From the NCBI RefSeq assembly GCF_002571385.2, contig NW_019217917.1, forward strand, positions 583,240-646,516: a stretch of 63,277 bases of DNA. The letters run 5' to 3'. The notes beneath the pieces were generated by a model. That model was not told the DNA's origin and searched no databases. It saw only the letters and a list, made by a program, of their open reading frames with translations. Each line of letters opens with the position of its first letter. Within the stretch, counting starts at the first letter, position 1. Both the position numbers and the translations under genes were made by a program. Positions 62,631 through 63,277 of this stretch are shown here, in pieces. Source of the stretch: Stylophora pistillata (lineage: Eukaryota).

Positions 62631-63277
62631 GAATTAAGAATTTGTTTATGCTTAGCATGCGTGCATACATAACTCGATATGCGCACAGCTAAAAGCATGA
62701 ACAAATTCTCTTAAACAGAGCGACAACAAGGATCTATGCGAAGAAGCTTTTTTATTGTGATAGAGTGCAAAACTTTCACAACGCACAAAAAATTAAAGAA
62801 ACGTCCCTATTGGCTAGCCAAAAACACGCCACATTTTATACTTTCGTTTGAGCGAGCGCATTTGATCCAGTTAATCGATAACTGTGAAGGAAAAGCTAAA
62901 AATTAACGGGAAAAATGGAGAAAATCAAAGCTAAATGAAGTCAAGTGTCACTATAAAATGTTTTAAAACTCAACGATCCACAAATTTGCGAAATGTGCAA
63001 CTTGCGAGATTTTTTCGGCTTTGTTTTTGCTGCTTGTTGGATCAGGACCTAAAAGGACCTAAAAGGTCAATGCAGATAGAAAAATTTGGCAGTTCTTCGC
63101 CAGTTTCTTCCATAGTTCAAAGAGAAGGAAAACTGCACTGCAGCTTAACAGAAAGGCAACTCTAGCGATCTGCAGCCAGGTAAAAAAAGCTCACGTCATC
63201 TTATTACGCACAGGCGTGCGTAAATAAAGATTTTGTTCATAGCGGCTCAATAGGACTTAGTTGGGGCAAGCACCGCG

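Overview
Eukaryotic, intron-rich, AT-rich draft-assembly DNA with N gaps. The repeat content resembles that of a cnidarian, probably a stony coral (inference). Genes reconstructed by hand from GT-AG exons: the 3' part of DNA polymerase beta (POLB, +, 119-7991); a many-exon class II DYRK kinase, most like DYRK4 (+, ~9556-33469); an intronless MBLAC2 with one in-frame TAG (+, 38358-39215); a two-exon mitochondrial fission factor (MFF/Tango11, -, 42116-43833); a ~50% Asp/Glu exon (-, ~44880-45206); an intronless secreted six-Cys pre-pro-peptide (-, 50361-50744); and decayed TM-furin-collagen-Ig genes (+, 53.3-56.8 kb), one with a ~150-bp inverted duplication. Mobile DNA includes an IS3EU-type DDE element with long TIRs and a 6-bp TSD, a MULE/SWIM transposase remnant, many MITEs, LINE tails, minimal hammerhead ribozyme motifs, and two tRNA-containing repeat families with Penelope-like architecture. 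The best leads are the orphan Cys-rich peptide, the tRNA-bearing Penelope-like elements (one present as both filled and empty site), the pseudogene-derived hairpin, and the MBLAC2 amber codon. All coordinates were read by eye and no searches were run.
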